Origin: a virus
Taxonomy: Duplodnaviria > Caudoviricetes
IMG/VR virus record: IMGVR_UViG_3300030372_004852
Coordinates: 1 to 33,095 of that record
DNA length: 33,095 nt
Direction: 5' to 3' (one strand)
Part shown: positions 23,869-33,095 of the stretch, in pieces
Layout of the letters: each line of letters starts with the position of its first letter
Numbering within the stretch: the stretch's first letter is position 1
Notes under the pieces: generated by a model
The model's input: the letters and a program-made list of their open reading frames with translations, nothing else
Told to the model about the DNA's origin: nothing
Database searches by the model: none
Translations under genes and position numbers: made by a program

Positions 23869-24785
23869 TGAGATATCAAGAAGCATACGAATTAATTGAT
23901 GCAGGGGTAGTTGCAGGTGGAATTGAAATTCCCGTATCTCACAATTTAATGGAAATCTACTTTGACCAGGCTGTAAATGATATTGCTATGAGAGCAGTCC
24001 GTAAAAAGGATTTTCAATCGTTCAGCTCTAGCGGTAAAGAGTATATTTTTACTAAAAACAATTATTCAGGTCAAATTTACAAGGTTGAGTTGGACCAAGT
24101 CGATGTTCCTTTTGTGGATGAATCTGCAATTATATCGAATGTTGAAGATGACGATGTTTCTAAAATTGGATACTATATAAAAACAGATACTTCAACGGGT
24201 TCCATAACAGGAATTACAGGAGCATCCCCAAGTGAAGTAACATCAGCCTCTCATGGATTAGAAACTGGAGATTATGTTATTTTTAGCGAAATAAAAGGTC
24301 ATTATACAACAGCAAGTAAGGTATCTCACTTAAATAGCAAAAGACTTGTGATTACTAAAGTAGACGCTAACAGTTTTTCTGTGGCAGTAGATTCTTCTAG
24401 CGGAACAACTGCGTATTCTAGCGGTGGATTTTGGCAGGAAGACACACATAAGATATATTTAACAAAGAATCCTGATTCTGGAGATACACTAAAAGTTTAC
24501 TATTATGCAAAACCAGAACCAAAATCCAGTATAGCTAGTAGGGTAGATTTACCCGAACAATTAATTCCAGCGGCAATTCACAATACATTAGGTCATTTTT
24601 TAAATCTTGGAGGGAACCTTCAAGTTGGTAGCGGGCATATGGGATTAGCAAAAAAGCTGGAACAAGAATACATTGACACTTCGCGAGCAAAAGAACCAAT
24701 GCCTCACTTGGTTCCAAATCCTATGCAAGTATTTGTTACAACAAGAAATGGCTCTATTGGTAACCTAACTGGAGCAGATGATTAA
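23868..24785 (+). CDS. Head-tail adaptor-like virion protein with inserted E1-FCCH-like beta domain
   Basis: ITGITGASPSEVTSASHGLETGDYVIFSEIKG...DANSFSV...YSSGG insertion, then LKVYYYAKP...DLPEQL; position after capsid. Confidence 0.6.
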   Translation: MRYQEAYELIDAGVVAGGIEIPVSHNLMEIYFDQAVNDIAMRAVRKKDFQSFSSSGKEYIFTKNNYSGQIYKVELDQVDVPFVDESAIISNVEDDDVSKIGYYIKTDTSTGSITGITGASPSEVTSASHGLETGDYVIFSEIKGHYTTASKVSHLNSKRLVITKVDANSFSVAVDSSSGTTAYSSGGFWQEDTHKIYLTKNPDSGDTLKVYYYAKPEPKSSIASRVDLPEQLIPAAIHNTLGHFLNLGGNLQVGSGHMGLAKKLEQEYIDTSRAKEPMPHLVPNPMQVFVTTRNGSIGNLTGADD

Positions 24786-25438
24786 TGGCAAATTTTCAAG
24801 AAAGAATTGAAGATATAATTGGAGCTGTTACAAGTGTGGGTTCTGATGATGTGACTGCAAATCAGCAAGCTATACAAGATGCGTTGCAAGATACTGCAAA
24901 AGATATTATTAATAAAGTTCGACCAGATATATTTATTCAATTTGCTACAAAATCATCTAATGTTACATCCAATCCTATTGCTACCGATTTAGAAAATTCA
25001 AGAATAGTTTTAGTGGAGAGAAGAGAAGAGGACGACACAACGAGTTTGTATATATCTTGCGTTTTTATTGACGCTTCTTTACAAGGGAAAATACAAAATC
25101 CACATAGTATTTTTTATGCTACAGACGAAGCTCCTAGATGGACGTTTAATGATAATGATGTATATATTTATCCAGAGCCTTCTTCTAGCAATCCAGCTAG
25201 ATATTATTCTATGAATAACCCAACAATAGAACACAACGATAGTGCTGTTGCTAAGTTTCCTGACGAGCTAGAACATGCCTTAGTTTTAGGTGCTAGCTCA
25301 AGATTAAAATTTAGAGCAATAACGTTTTACAACGAGGATGAAGACCCAGAATTAGTGACACTTCATCGCGCTCAATATCAGGAGTTGCTTACAGAATATA
25401 ACAATGCGCTAGCTCCATTTCTAGCTCGTAGTCAATAA
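24785..25438 (+). CDS. Virion adaptor / tail tubular-like protein
   Basis: VYIYPEP...FPDELEHALVLGA resembles podovirus adaptor proteins; coupled genes. Confidence 0.55.
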   Translation: MANFQERIEDIIGAVTSVGSDDVTANQQAIQDALQDTAKDIINKVRPDIFIQFATKSSNVTSNPIATDLENSRIVLVERREEDDTTSLYISCVFIDASLQGKIQNPHSIFYATDEAPRWTFNDNDVYIYPEPSSSNPARYYSMNNPTIEHNDSAVAKFPDELEHALVLGASSRLKFRAITFYNEDEDPELVTLHRAQYQELLTEYNNALAPFLARSQ

Positions 25439-28400
25439 TGGCAAAGCAGACCTATGTTATTAAAAATTTTCACGGTGGTTTAAATTCTAACGCCGACCCT
25501 AGAGATATAGCCCAAGAAGAAGCGTCAGATATAAAAGCTGGCATTACCAACCTTGGCAAGTTAACAACTTTAGGACAGTTTGATACTGGGACCACTACAG
25601 GCTCAAATACAACAGGGGACATAGTAAATAAGTATGGGCTATTTGTAATGAGTAGCGATACGAAAATAGACAATAGTGCTGGTTCTGAAACTTTAATATT
25701 TTTATATGACCAGGGAACAAACATTGATGTTTTAGATAGCTCTGGTTGGAATGCAAGTGAAATAACAGTAGCAGGTAGTTCTAAGCCTGTGTTTTTTTCT
25801 GCTGATGGTATATTAAGAGTTGGAGATAAAAACTTAAACTCTCTTGGAAGATGGTATGGGTATATTAATCGAACTGCATTTTCTTCACTAGGTTCTTCAG
25901 AAGCGATAAACGATTGGATAGATACAAACGCATATCCAGCGACTCCAAGTGCTGGAAATTGTTTAATTAGCACTCCAAATAAAGCATCTGATAGCACTGG
26001 TCCAAATTCAAATATAGCACAATATATAGGCGCAATTGGAAGCGGTTTAATTGATAATAATGCAGTAAATCTACGAGTTGGAGTTGCAGGGGTAACGTCA
26101 GTAAAAACAGACGGAACTGCAATTAACGCCAGTCATGATTCTGCAAAAGTTCCAAATGAATCTGCTAACTTAATGGATGATTATAGAAAATATACAGGTG
26201 GAAGTAGCGGGGCATATGCAAATGCTGAAGACGTATATCCGTTGTTTTTAAATAACAATATTATAATGGGCGGAAAAGAGAGCCACGATGCTTTTAACGG
26301 GGCATCAAACGAAATTAAAGATGACGGTTCAGTTGCTAATTTAAATTATACAATTAATGATAAAAAATCAGTTGCCGTTGGTGTGTATTTTTGGCAAGAA
26401 GAGTTAGATAGGGTAAATGTTGTTACTATAAAACTAGGTGGAGATTCAAGCAATTACAGAGAATGGCAAGTTCCTGTATCTAAGCTAGCAGTGGGTTGGA
26501 ATATTCTTGTTTGCGAACAAGGATTGCAAACTTCTGAAACAGGCGCACCTCCAGCTTATGGAGATAGCCATGACTATTATAGCATTACAGTAACCCAAAT
26601 TAATGCAACAAATGGAAACGCAAATACAGATGTTCCAAAGTTCTATATTAGTGGTCCAGTATTAATTGAAAATGCTGGTAGCATAGGTTACACAGAAGGT
26701 ACATATTCATTTTATTATACTTGGTTATTTGACGATGAAAAACAAGAATCTATGCCATTTAAATTTCAAGACACAGACTCAAGTGACAGTTATGCAAAAG
26801 AATTAAATCAAGTTACAATTGTTGGCTCTACTCTTCTTTTAAATTTTGACATATATATAAATGCTAAGCCAAGCGGTACATATGGATTAAATAAAAGAAT
26901 TATAGGTTCTCGCGTTTATTATAAAAAAACAGATGATGATAATTATTACTTAATTGGAGAATCTAATTTTATTGATAAAGGTTTTAAGTTTTTTCCTGAG
27001 GCAGAAACATACGATTATAGCTTTATTGATGTAACAGACACAACAACTAATCTTGCCAATGCGGTTGCTGTTACTGGAATAACTCCTGAAAGGGCAAATG
27101 TGGTTGATACTTGGAAAAGCTTAAATGGGTTTTATCAAAAAGTTGATACTTTGCAAGCATCTTGGAAAACAGGAACTGTTCAGGGAAGAAGAGCGTATGT
27201 TGGAAACGTTAAGCAAGACAACGTTACTTATCCAGATAGAATGTTAAAAAGCATGGTTAATCGCTTTGATACATTTCCAAATAAAGACAGTATTGTTGAT
27301 GTTGCGGTGCGAGACGGAGAAAATATTGTTAAACTGGAATCATTTGCGGACAGAATATTGCAATTTAAAGAAAAAACACTATATGTGATTAACGTTGCTC
27401 AAGGTTCTGAGTTTCTAGAAAATATTTATCCATATAATGGGATTGCAAATGAATACCATAGTATAAAAACAGATAAAGGAATTGCATTTTTTAATGAATA
27501 TGGTGCGTATTTATTTACAGGAAACCAGGTAGTTAATTTATTAGAAAAAAATGGAAGAACAGTTATTAGCGAAGATACATGGAGAACCTTTATTACTGAC
27601 AGCGGAATAGAGGATTCTTCTATTGGATATGCTCCTAAAAAACATCAAATTGTATTTTTAAACTACTCAGGAATAATATACGTTTATAATTTAAAATTAG
27701 GCTCGTGGATTTTTACGGGAAATGCGTTAAGTACATATAGAGATTATGATGCTAGAAAAATTACTAGGCTAGCAGTAGATGGAGACAATAATATGTTTTT
27801 TATTGGTGGCACAAATTCTACTGTTTATAAATATAGCCATCTACCGTCTACTACTCATGATTTTACATATATTACAAAAGATATTGACTTTGGTGACCCT
27901 TCAATTAGAAAAAAAATATACAAAGTATATATAACCTATAGAACGGCTGCAAATGAACTTCCTAATATAGTTTGTACTTTTGATGTAAATGGAGAAACAG
28001 CATATGATAAAACATTTAAAGACGGAACTAATTACTCTACTTTTTTATCAGATTACAAATCACTTTTGCCGTCTGCAAATTGGACAACAGCGGTTTTAAA
28101 ACCAACAACTAGCTCTGAGGCAAATAATATTTATTCATTTGCTTTAAAATTAAATATTAACTCTAATGTTCGCTCCAATACGGCTCAAGGGGCTGATGAT
28201 GCAACTCATATTACACTAGACTCAGGTGCTTCTTCAGTCGATGATTATTATAATAATATGCAAATCACAATATGGAGCGGAAATGGATTGGGTGAAACAA
28301 CAAGAATACATGATTATGTAGGTAGTTCTAAGGTAGCAACTGTAACACCTGCATGGAGTACAACCCCAAACAGTTCTTCTAAATTTATTATTGGCTTAGT

Positions 28401-28461
28401 TCCGTCCTCTTTTGAGATAAACGACATTACTATTGTCTATAGAGCAAAAAGTGTGAAATAA
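25438..28461 (+). CDS. Large tail structural protein (nozzle / tail tubular B / P22 gp10-like)
   Basis: N-terminal NFHGGLNS, beta-propeller-like middle, YITKDIDFGDPSIRKKIYKVYITY and FEINDITIVYR C-terminus. Confidence 0.7.
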   Translation: MAKQTYVIKNFHGGLNSNADPRDIAQEEASDIKAGITNLGKLTTLGQFDTGTTTGSNTTGDIVNKYGLFVMSSDTKIDNSAGSETLIFLYDQGTNIDVLDSSGWNASEITVAGSSKPVFFSADGILRVGDKNLNSLGRWYGYINRTAFSSLGSSEAINDWIDTNAYPATPSAGNCLISTPNKASDSTGPNSNIAQYIGAIGSGLIDNNAVNLRVGVAGVTSVKTDGTAINASHDSAKVPNESANLMDDYRKYTGGSSGAYANAEDVYPLFLNNNIIMGGKESHDAFNGASNEIKDDGSVANLNYTINDKKSVAVGVYFWQEELDRVNVVTIKLGGDSSNYREWQVPVSKLAVGWNILVCEQGLQTSETGAPPAYGDSHDYYSITVTQINATNGNANTDVPKFYISGPVLIENAGSIGYTEGTYSFYYTWLFDDEKQESMPFKFQDTDSSDSYAKELNQVTIVGSTLLLNFDIYINAKPSGTYGLNKRIIGSRVYYKKTDDDNYYLIGESNFIDKGFKFFPEAETYDYSFIDVTDTTTNLANAVAVTGITPERANVVDTWKSLNGFYQKVDTLQASWKTGTVQGRRAYVGNVKQDNVTYPDRMLKSMVNRFDTFPNKDSIVDVAVRDGENIVKLESFADRILQFKEKTLYVINVAQGSEFLENIYPYNGIANEYHSIKTDKGIAFFNEYGAYLFTGNQVVNLLEKNGRTVISEDTWRTFITDSGIEDSSIGYAPKKHQIVFLNYSGIIYVYNLKLGSWIFTGNALSTYRDYDARKITRLAVDGDNNMFFIGGTNSTVYKYSHLPSTTHDFTYITKDIDFGDPSIRKKIYKVYITYRTAANELPNIVCTFDVNGETAYDKTFKDGTNYSTFLSDYKSLLPSANWTTAVLKPTTSSEANNIYSFALKLNINSNVRSNTAQGADDATHITLDSGASSVDDYYNNMQITIWSGNGLGETTRIHDYVGSSKVATVTPAWSTTPNSSSKFIIGLVPSSFEINDITIVYRAKSVK

Positions 28462-29867
28462 TGGCATTTACAAGGCAAGAAAGAACACTTAGCGGTAGAA
28501 AATCAAATCTACCTTTGATTAGAAAAGGAATACCAGATTCTAGGGAAGGATTTCATGGTGATATTGCATTTATAGAGCTAGATGGGATTGGCATTGTTCA
28601 ATATGTAAAAATTGAAAATAACTGGAAAAGAGTAGGATTTCAGGAAACATTCGCAACAACACAAGCAGAAGTAATTTCAAATGAAATAAAAGAAAAAGAA
28701 GATACATTAAGTGATTCTGATTTTATTCATAGCGATGGTTCTGTTCCCTTTACTGGTAATCAATCGCATGGCGGAAATAATATTACAAACGTTGGTTCGT
28801 TAGACGTAGATGGAGCCACAACGTTAGACCAAGTAACAATAGACACTACAGATGGAGATTTTTTAGTAAGCGGTGGAAACGATATTAATTTAACAACAAC
28901 TGCGAACTGTGATTGGAATACCGCTACTCTTGATTGGGATAATTCTTCTACATTTAATCTTACTTCGCTTGGCGATTCTATTATTAATGCAACGGGAGTT
29001 GAAGCAGCACCAAAAACAATTACAATTCAAGGCGGAGATTCTGGATTTAGTGGAAGTGCATTTGGATATTCAAAAATGCTTGCTTACAATAAAATTAGCG
29101 AAGATGGCAGTATTACAGATAATTTTGATACGAATGGAATAGAAATAAAAGCAGACGCTGGCAATACAAGTGCTAAGCATAATAATATTTTAATTCAACA
29201 ATACAATACACATTCAAAAGGCAGTGGTTATGGTGTAATGATAAAAAGTTCCAATGGTATTTATATTGATTCTGTAAACAACAATCAATCTCAAAATACT
29301 GCAATTATAATGCAAGCAACTGGAACTATAGATATTGGTTTAAGTACCTCTTCGGCGTTGTCTCCGAATACAAATCAAGCAAGGACTAAAATACATGGTG
29401 TATCTGAGGTAGAAACTTTATATAGACCAGCCTCTGACGGAACCGCTCATACAGATAATCATTATCCAATAAACACAGCTACACATTCAGTAAAATTTGA
29501 CCATATAGATACGTTTAAATTATTAAGAGCAACAACATATTTAGCTAGCAACACATCTCTTTCTAATTCTTCGTCTATGACTATAGTCCATCAAGACAAT
29601 GACGATAATTTACTAGGTACTGTTTGGATGGTTACTGTTTATTGGAAACATTCAACCACAAAGAAAAATTTACAAGTTTTTTGGGTTTATTTTACTTCTT
29701 CAAGTTCTCACAATATAGTAAAAGTTGTTGAAGATTTAAATGGTAGCACTACAGCAGGTGTTTTATCTTGGACTTCTGGAGGTGGAATTGTCTGGACAAA
29801 TCAAGATACTCAAAATGCAAGGGTGCATGCCTCTGCATTAAAAATACAAGGTAGTAACGATTTTTAA
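28461..29867 (+). CDS. Tail fibre/spike-like structural protein
   Basis: Beta-rich G/S/T/N composition; HSDGSVPFTGNQSHGGNNITNVG fibre-like motif. Confidence 0.55.
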   Translation: MAFTRQERTLSGRKSNLPLIRKGIPDSREGFHGDIAFIELDGIGIVQYVKIENNWKRVGFQETFATTQAEVISNEIKEKEDTLSDSDFIHSDGSVPFTGNQSHGGNNITNVGSLDVDGATTLDQVTIDTTDGDFLVSGGNDINLTTTANCDWNTATLDWDNSSTFNLTSLGDSIINATGVEAAPKTITIQGGDSGFSGSAFGYSKMLAYNKISEDGSITDNFDTNGIEIKADAGNTSAKHNNILIQQYNTHSKGSGYGVMIKSSNGIYIDSVNNNQSQNTAIIMQATGTIDIGLSTSSALSPNTNQARTKIHGVSEVETLYRPASDGTAHTDNHYPINTATHSVKFDHIDTFKLLRATTYLASNTSLSNSSSMTIVHQDNDDNLLGTVWMVTVYWKHSTTKKNLQVFWVYFTSSSSHNIVKVVEDLNGSTTAGVLSWTSGGGIVWTNQDTQNARVHASALKIQGSNDF

Positions 29868-29880
29868 ATAAGGAATTATT

Positions 29881-30924
29881 ATGGCAACAGCAACAAATCA
29901 AGATATATTACAAGCATACCAACAAAGTATTGGTGCTGGTGAAGGTCAGGTTAATACTCAGTTATTAATACAAGCCTTAAGAGATAGGCAAAGAAAAGCA
30001 GTAGAGGAAGACGCAATGAAAGCAGAACGCTGGAAATCTGGTGGAAAATTAGGTTTAAATGCTTTAAAAGCCAGAAGAGACTTTTTGTTAGCAAAAAGAG
30101 CAAATCCTGATTTAAAATTTACACAGTTTATGTCTGACCCTCAAAGTGCGGGTAAATATATGGAGCAAGGTTCAAGCCTTATAGCGTCAGGTAAAGAACA
30201 ACCAATAGGGCTAAGAGAAACATTTGGGCTTGGAAGAAAAAAAATTGCTGAGCAAAAACCATTTTTTGGTGAAAAAGAAGTTCAAAAGCAAATGGGAAAG
30301 GCAATGAAAAACAATCCAAATTTTGCAAAAAATTTTATGTCTGAAAAACAATTTAATACAGCTCCTCAATTAGAAGGGGGGATTATGAGTCCAGAATACA
30401 ATTTACCATCTCAACCAGTTGCACCTCCACCACCAATGGGAGATGTTACTGGAGCGGGATTGCAAAATACTCTTTTATCGAAACCAGATAATATAATACA
30501 ACAAGCTGCAAGCGGTATTTCACCAAGCACTTTGCCTCCAAGTAGTCAGATAGATGCGTTACCACTAATTCAAGGAAGTAAGGCAAATCCGATTATGCTT
30601 CCTCCAGTAGATGCAGTAACAAGCACGGCAAATAACATATCTCCAATTCAAGGACCTATGGGAGATATGATACAAAAAGTTCCTGTTAAGGACCCTTTGG
30701 CTGGAGCTAGCGCAGTAAAACAAGGTTTAGGTCAAAAAGCATTAGGTAGCGTTGGTGGAATTTTACAAACATTAAAAGGTGCAAAAGGAATGGCTAAAGA
30801 AGGTGCAAATATAGGAAATGTATCTCAAAGTCTTGGTGGAATAGCAACATTAGCAGGTTTGGGACCAATAGGTCTTGGTTTAGGTTTAATGGGTGGAATT
30901 GCATCGTTAAGGAGAAGAAAATAG
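29881..30924 (+). CDS. Putative internal virion / DNA-ejection protein
   Basis: Q/A/G/P-rich with a Gly-rich hydrophobic C-terminal segment; position after tail genes. Confidence 0.5.
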   Translation: MATATNQDILQAYQQSIGAGEGQVNTQLLIQALRDRQRKAVEEDAMKAERWKSGGKLGLNALKARRDFLLAKRANPDLKFTQFMSDPQSAGKYMEQGSSLIASGKEQPIGLRETFGLGRKKIAEQKPFFGEKEVQKQMGKAMKNNPNFAKNFMSEKQFNTAPQLEGGIMSPEYNLPSQPVAPPPPMGDVTGAGLQNTLLSKPDNIIQQAASGISPSTLPPSSQIDALPLIQGSKANPIMLPPVDAVTSTANNISPIQGPMGDMIQKVPVKDPLAGASAVKQGLGQKALGSVGGILQTLKGAKGMAKEGANIGNVSQSLGGIATLAGLGPIGLGLGLMGGIASLRRRK

Positions 30925-30933
30925 GAGTTTATT

Positions 30934-31524
30934 ATGGCAAGTAAATGGCATCCAGCAGCAGGCGATTGGGGAATTTTTGGTTCTACAGAAGGAGCAGACC
31001 AAGCTAGGAAAGCTAGAACTGCAATACAGCAACAAATGCAAGACATTCAAGGTAGAAGGGAAGGTTTAACAGAATATTTTGAAGGACTACGAGGATTTAA
31101 TCAGCGAGAAAATGAACTTACTGAGGCACTTAGAGAAACAGAGCTAGCACAAGGAAGGACTGCAAAAGCAGGAAGCCAACAAGGTTATTTATCAAGTTTA
31201 GAAAACTTTTTAACAAGTTCTTATAATATTGGCTCTGAATCTGATGCTAGAGTTAGTAGAGCTAATTTAGCAACAGCAAACAATCCTCAAGAGATGTTTG
31301 CTTTACAGCAAAGAAGAAGAGCGGTAGAACAAACAGCAGACGCACAAAGGATAAAAGATGAATCTATGGGGCAAAATCTAACTGCTAGCGATTTAGCGTT
31401 TAGACAAAAACAAATAGGTCAAGAAAGAGCGGACTTACAATTAGGAATGGAAGAAACAAGGTCACAGCAACAGTTATCAGACCAATTGTTTCAATTACGA
31501 GAAGCTCTTAATCAATATTCATAG
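30934..31524 (+). CDS. Putative internal virion / ejection protein
   Basis: Q/A/R-rich helical protein; AGGAG RBS. Confidence 0.5.
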   Translation: MASKWHPAAGDWGIFGSTEGADQARKARTAIQQQMQDIQGRREGLTEYFEGLRGFNQRENELTEALRETELAQGRTAKAGSQQGYLSSLENFLTSSYNIGSESDARVSRANLATANNPQEMFALQQRRRAVEQTADAQRIKDESMGQNLTASDLAFRQKQIGQERADLQLGMEETRSQQQLSDQLFQLREALNQYS

Positions 31525-31533
31525 AGGTATATA

Positions 31534-32433
31534 ATGGCATATAGAGAAAAAGTATTTAATGCAAATGTGCTTACTGATTTATTAAGTACATACTTAACAC
31601 ATAGAGCTGGTGAGCGTGAAAAGTATTATGAAGCTGAGCAACAGGCTAATAAACCTATTTATAGAACTTTAGGCAAAAGTCTTTATGAAATAAACCCAGG
31701 GACAGGGCAATCTAAAGAAATAATAAAAGGCGAACCAACTCCAGAAAAAGCAGTAAAAGCATATAACCCAAATACCCGTAGAATGGAATTTGTTTCTCAA
31801 AGCGATGCGATTGGAATGGCAAGCGAAGCCCCTGTTATCTCAGAGCAAGATAAAGCAAAAGATTTTTTAGAAGGTTACAAAAATAAATACCCAGATATTG
31901 ACGTTTCAGATATTGAAAGTAATTTACTAGACGTAGACACAAAAGAAGAAAATACTTTTTTAAGAAGCGAACTTGGTAAAAGAGAGACTAGGTATGTTGC
32001 AAATAAAAAAGGTGGACGAATAGCAACAGCTAGGAACGTTATTAAAGCAAATGAAAGTATATATAATAAATTAGGCGATAAGTTTGCAATATTAGACGAT
32101 AATAGTAAAAACCTTGATTATAGAGCTAGAAAAAGAGAAAAAAAAGCATTACAAAGCACTATGAATGCGTATGGAATAAACAAGCAAGTTTATTTAAAAG
32201 AAGATTTGCCAAAATTAAAAGAAGAATATTTAAAATTAATTCCTAAAAGTTCAAATACAGAAAGCAATATAGAAAAAATAAAAAAAATGAATGCTGATAA
32301 GCTTTTTGACGAAATTGAAAGAATGGAAGAAAAATATGGAATAGATTTACCTTTTTGGTTGCATAGAGAAAGGTATAAAGGTTTTAATGAATTTGAAAAC
32401 TTATTAAATAGTATGGAAAATGTCACAAAATAA
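31534..32433 (+). CDS. Putative internal virion protein
   Basis: Charged helical ORF in the ejection-protein position; GAGGT RBS. Confidence 0.45.
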   Translation: MAYREKVFNANVLTDLLSTYLTHRAGEREKYYEAEQQANKPIYRTLGKSLYEINPGTGQSKEIIKGEPTPEKAVKAYNPNTRRMEFVSQSDAIGMASEAPVISEQDKAKDFLEGYKNKYPDIDVSDIESNLLDVDTKEENTFLRSELGKRETRYVANKKGGRIATARNVIKANESIYNKLGDKFAILDDNSKNLDYRARKREKKALQSTMNAYGINKQVYLKEDLPKLKEEYLKLIPKSSNTESNIEKIKKMNADKLFDEIERMEEKYGIDLPFWLHRERYKGFNEFENLLNSMENVTK

Positions 32434-33095
32434 TAAATTCGCAGATATATTTGCATCAGAGTACGGTAGCGCAAATAATGACGATTTTATTGAAGACAGC
32501 TTATCTACTTCAAATAACTTATCTGATATATTTGCATCAGAATATGGAAGTTCTGTAGAAGGAAATGAAGAAAAATCTGATTTATTATGGAATGAAGATG
32601 AAATTCAATCAGATTTAGCTGAGCTAGATAGAATTGAAAAAGAATACACAGTTCCTAACTTAACTGGGACTACGGTAAATAACGCAGATGATATTTTTAG
32701 AAAAGTGTATCAAAACCCTGATTCTGCTCAATCTATTATGGGTAGTGTTGCAAACCCAGATTTTAAAGCATCTCAACAGGTAGATAGTTCAGATTATGGC
32801 TTATTTCAAATAAACGACAAGTATTGGTCAGAAACTTCTCAAAAATTAATTGGTAAATCTCCTGCTGAATTAAATCCATTTGAACAAATAGACGTAGCGT
32901 CTGCTATTGAAAAATCTCCTTTAGGGTACAGTAATTGGGTTGCGTATCAAAACAAAGAGCATAAAGAATTTGAAGGTATAACAGATGAAGAAATAATAAA
33001 TAAGTATAATGTTTCTTCAGAATTGCTTAATTATATTAATCAACCAGGAAAATTTGATAATCCGCAATTAATAAAACAAATAATGCTAGCAGAGT
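32420..33095 (+). CDS. Virion-associated lysozyme-like protein, truncated by window edge
   Basis: Open from ATG 32420 (MSQNNKFADIFASEYGS...) to the edge; contains SSDYGLFQINDKYW and GYSNWVAYQN, resembling c-type lysozyme/SLT motifs. Confidence 0.75.
   Translation, partial: MSQNNKFADIFASEYGSANNDDFIEDSLSTSNNLSDIFASEYGSSVEGNEEKSDLLWNEDEIQSDLAELDRIEKEYTVPNLTGTTVNNADDIFRKVYQNPDSAQSIMGSVANPDFKASQQVDSSDYGLFQINDKYWSETSQKLIGKSPAELNPFEQIDVASAIEKSPLGYSNWVAYQNKEHKEFEGITDEEIINKYNVSSELLNYINQPGKFDNPQLIKQIMLAE

Noticed and set aside
934-32474. Numerous antisense or out-of-frame ORFs in the track (e.g. 2022-2369, 2921-3403, 12940-13365, 17390-17710, 20865-21275, 25470-25997, 32190-32474)
   Set aside because: Shadow ORFs overlapping better-supported genes.
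1-33095. Alternative genetic code, diversity-generating retroelement or self-splicing intron
   Set aside because: All three stop codons end genes normally, long genes are intact, and no reverse transcriptase, TR/VR pair or split gene was seen.

Overview
About 33 kb of an AT-rich (roughly one-third GC, estimated by eye) tailed dsDNA phage or prophage using the standard code and AGGAG-type ribosome binding sites. There are four blocks. (1) 1-1280: lysogeny switch, with the start of a probable tyrosine integrase running off the left edge, a CI-like repressor and a divergent Xis/HTH_17 gene. (2) 1327-6527 (+): recombination and replication genes (Gam-like, Rad52/Sak-like annealing protein, Holliday-junction resolvase, DUF1376-type initiator). 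(3) 6639-15283 (-): a long accessory/early operon of small genes including ParB-N-like, PC4-like, AbrB-like and a MoxR/CbbQ AAA+ ATPase with a vWA-like partner. (4) After a repeat-rich divergent control region (14780-15980), a podovirus-like late operon (+): terS, terL, P22-like portal, scaffold, major capsid, adaptor/nozzle/fibre proteins and internal virion proteins, ending in a lysozyme-like protein cut by the right edge. The strongest unexplained signals are five intergenic hairpins with variable stems and a conserved ...AGTGAA loop, a 58-nt D-armless tRNA mimic abutting an iteron-like array, and a 39-aa peptide that copies the major-capsid N-terminus and adds a polybasic tail. GCTAGC is heavily over-represented, GATC appears absent, and the initiator gene's iteron-like palindromes recur in two clusters more than 10 kb away. 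All protein assignments come from motif recognition by eye; no database searches were run.
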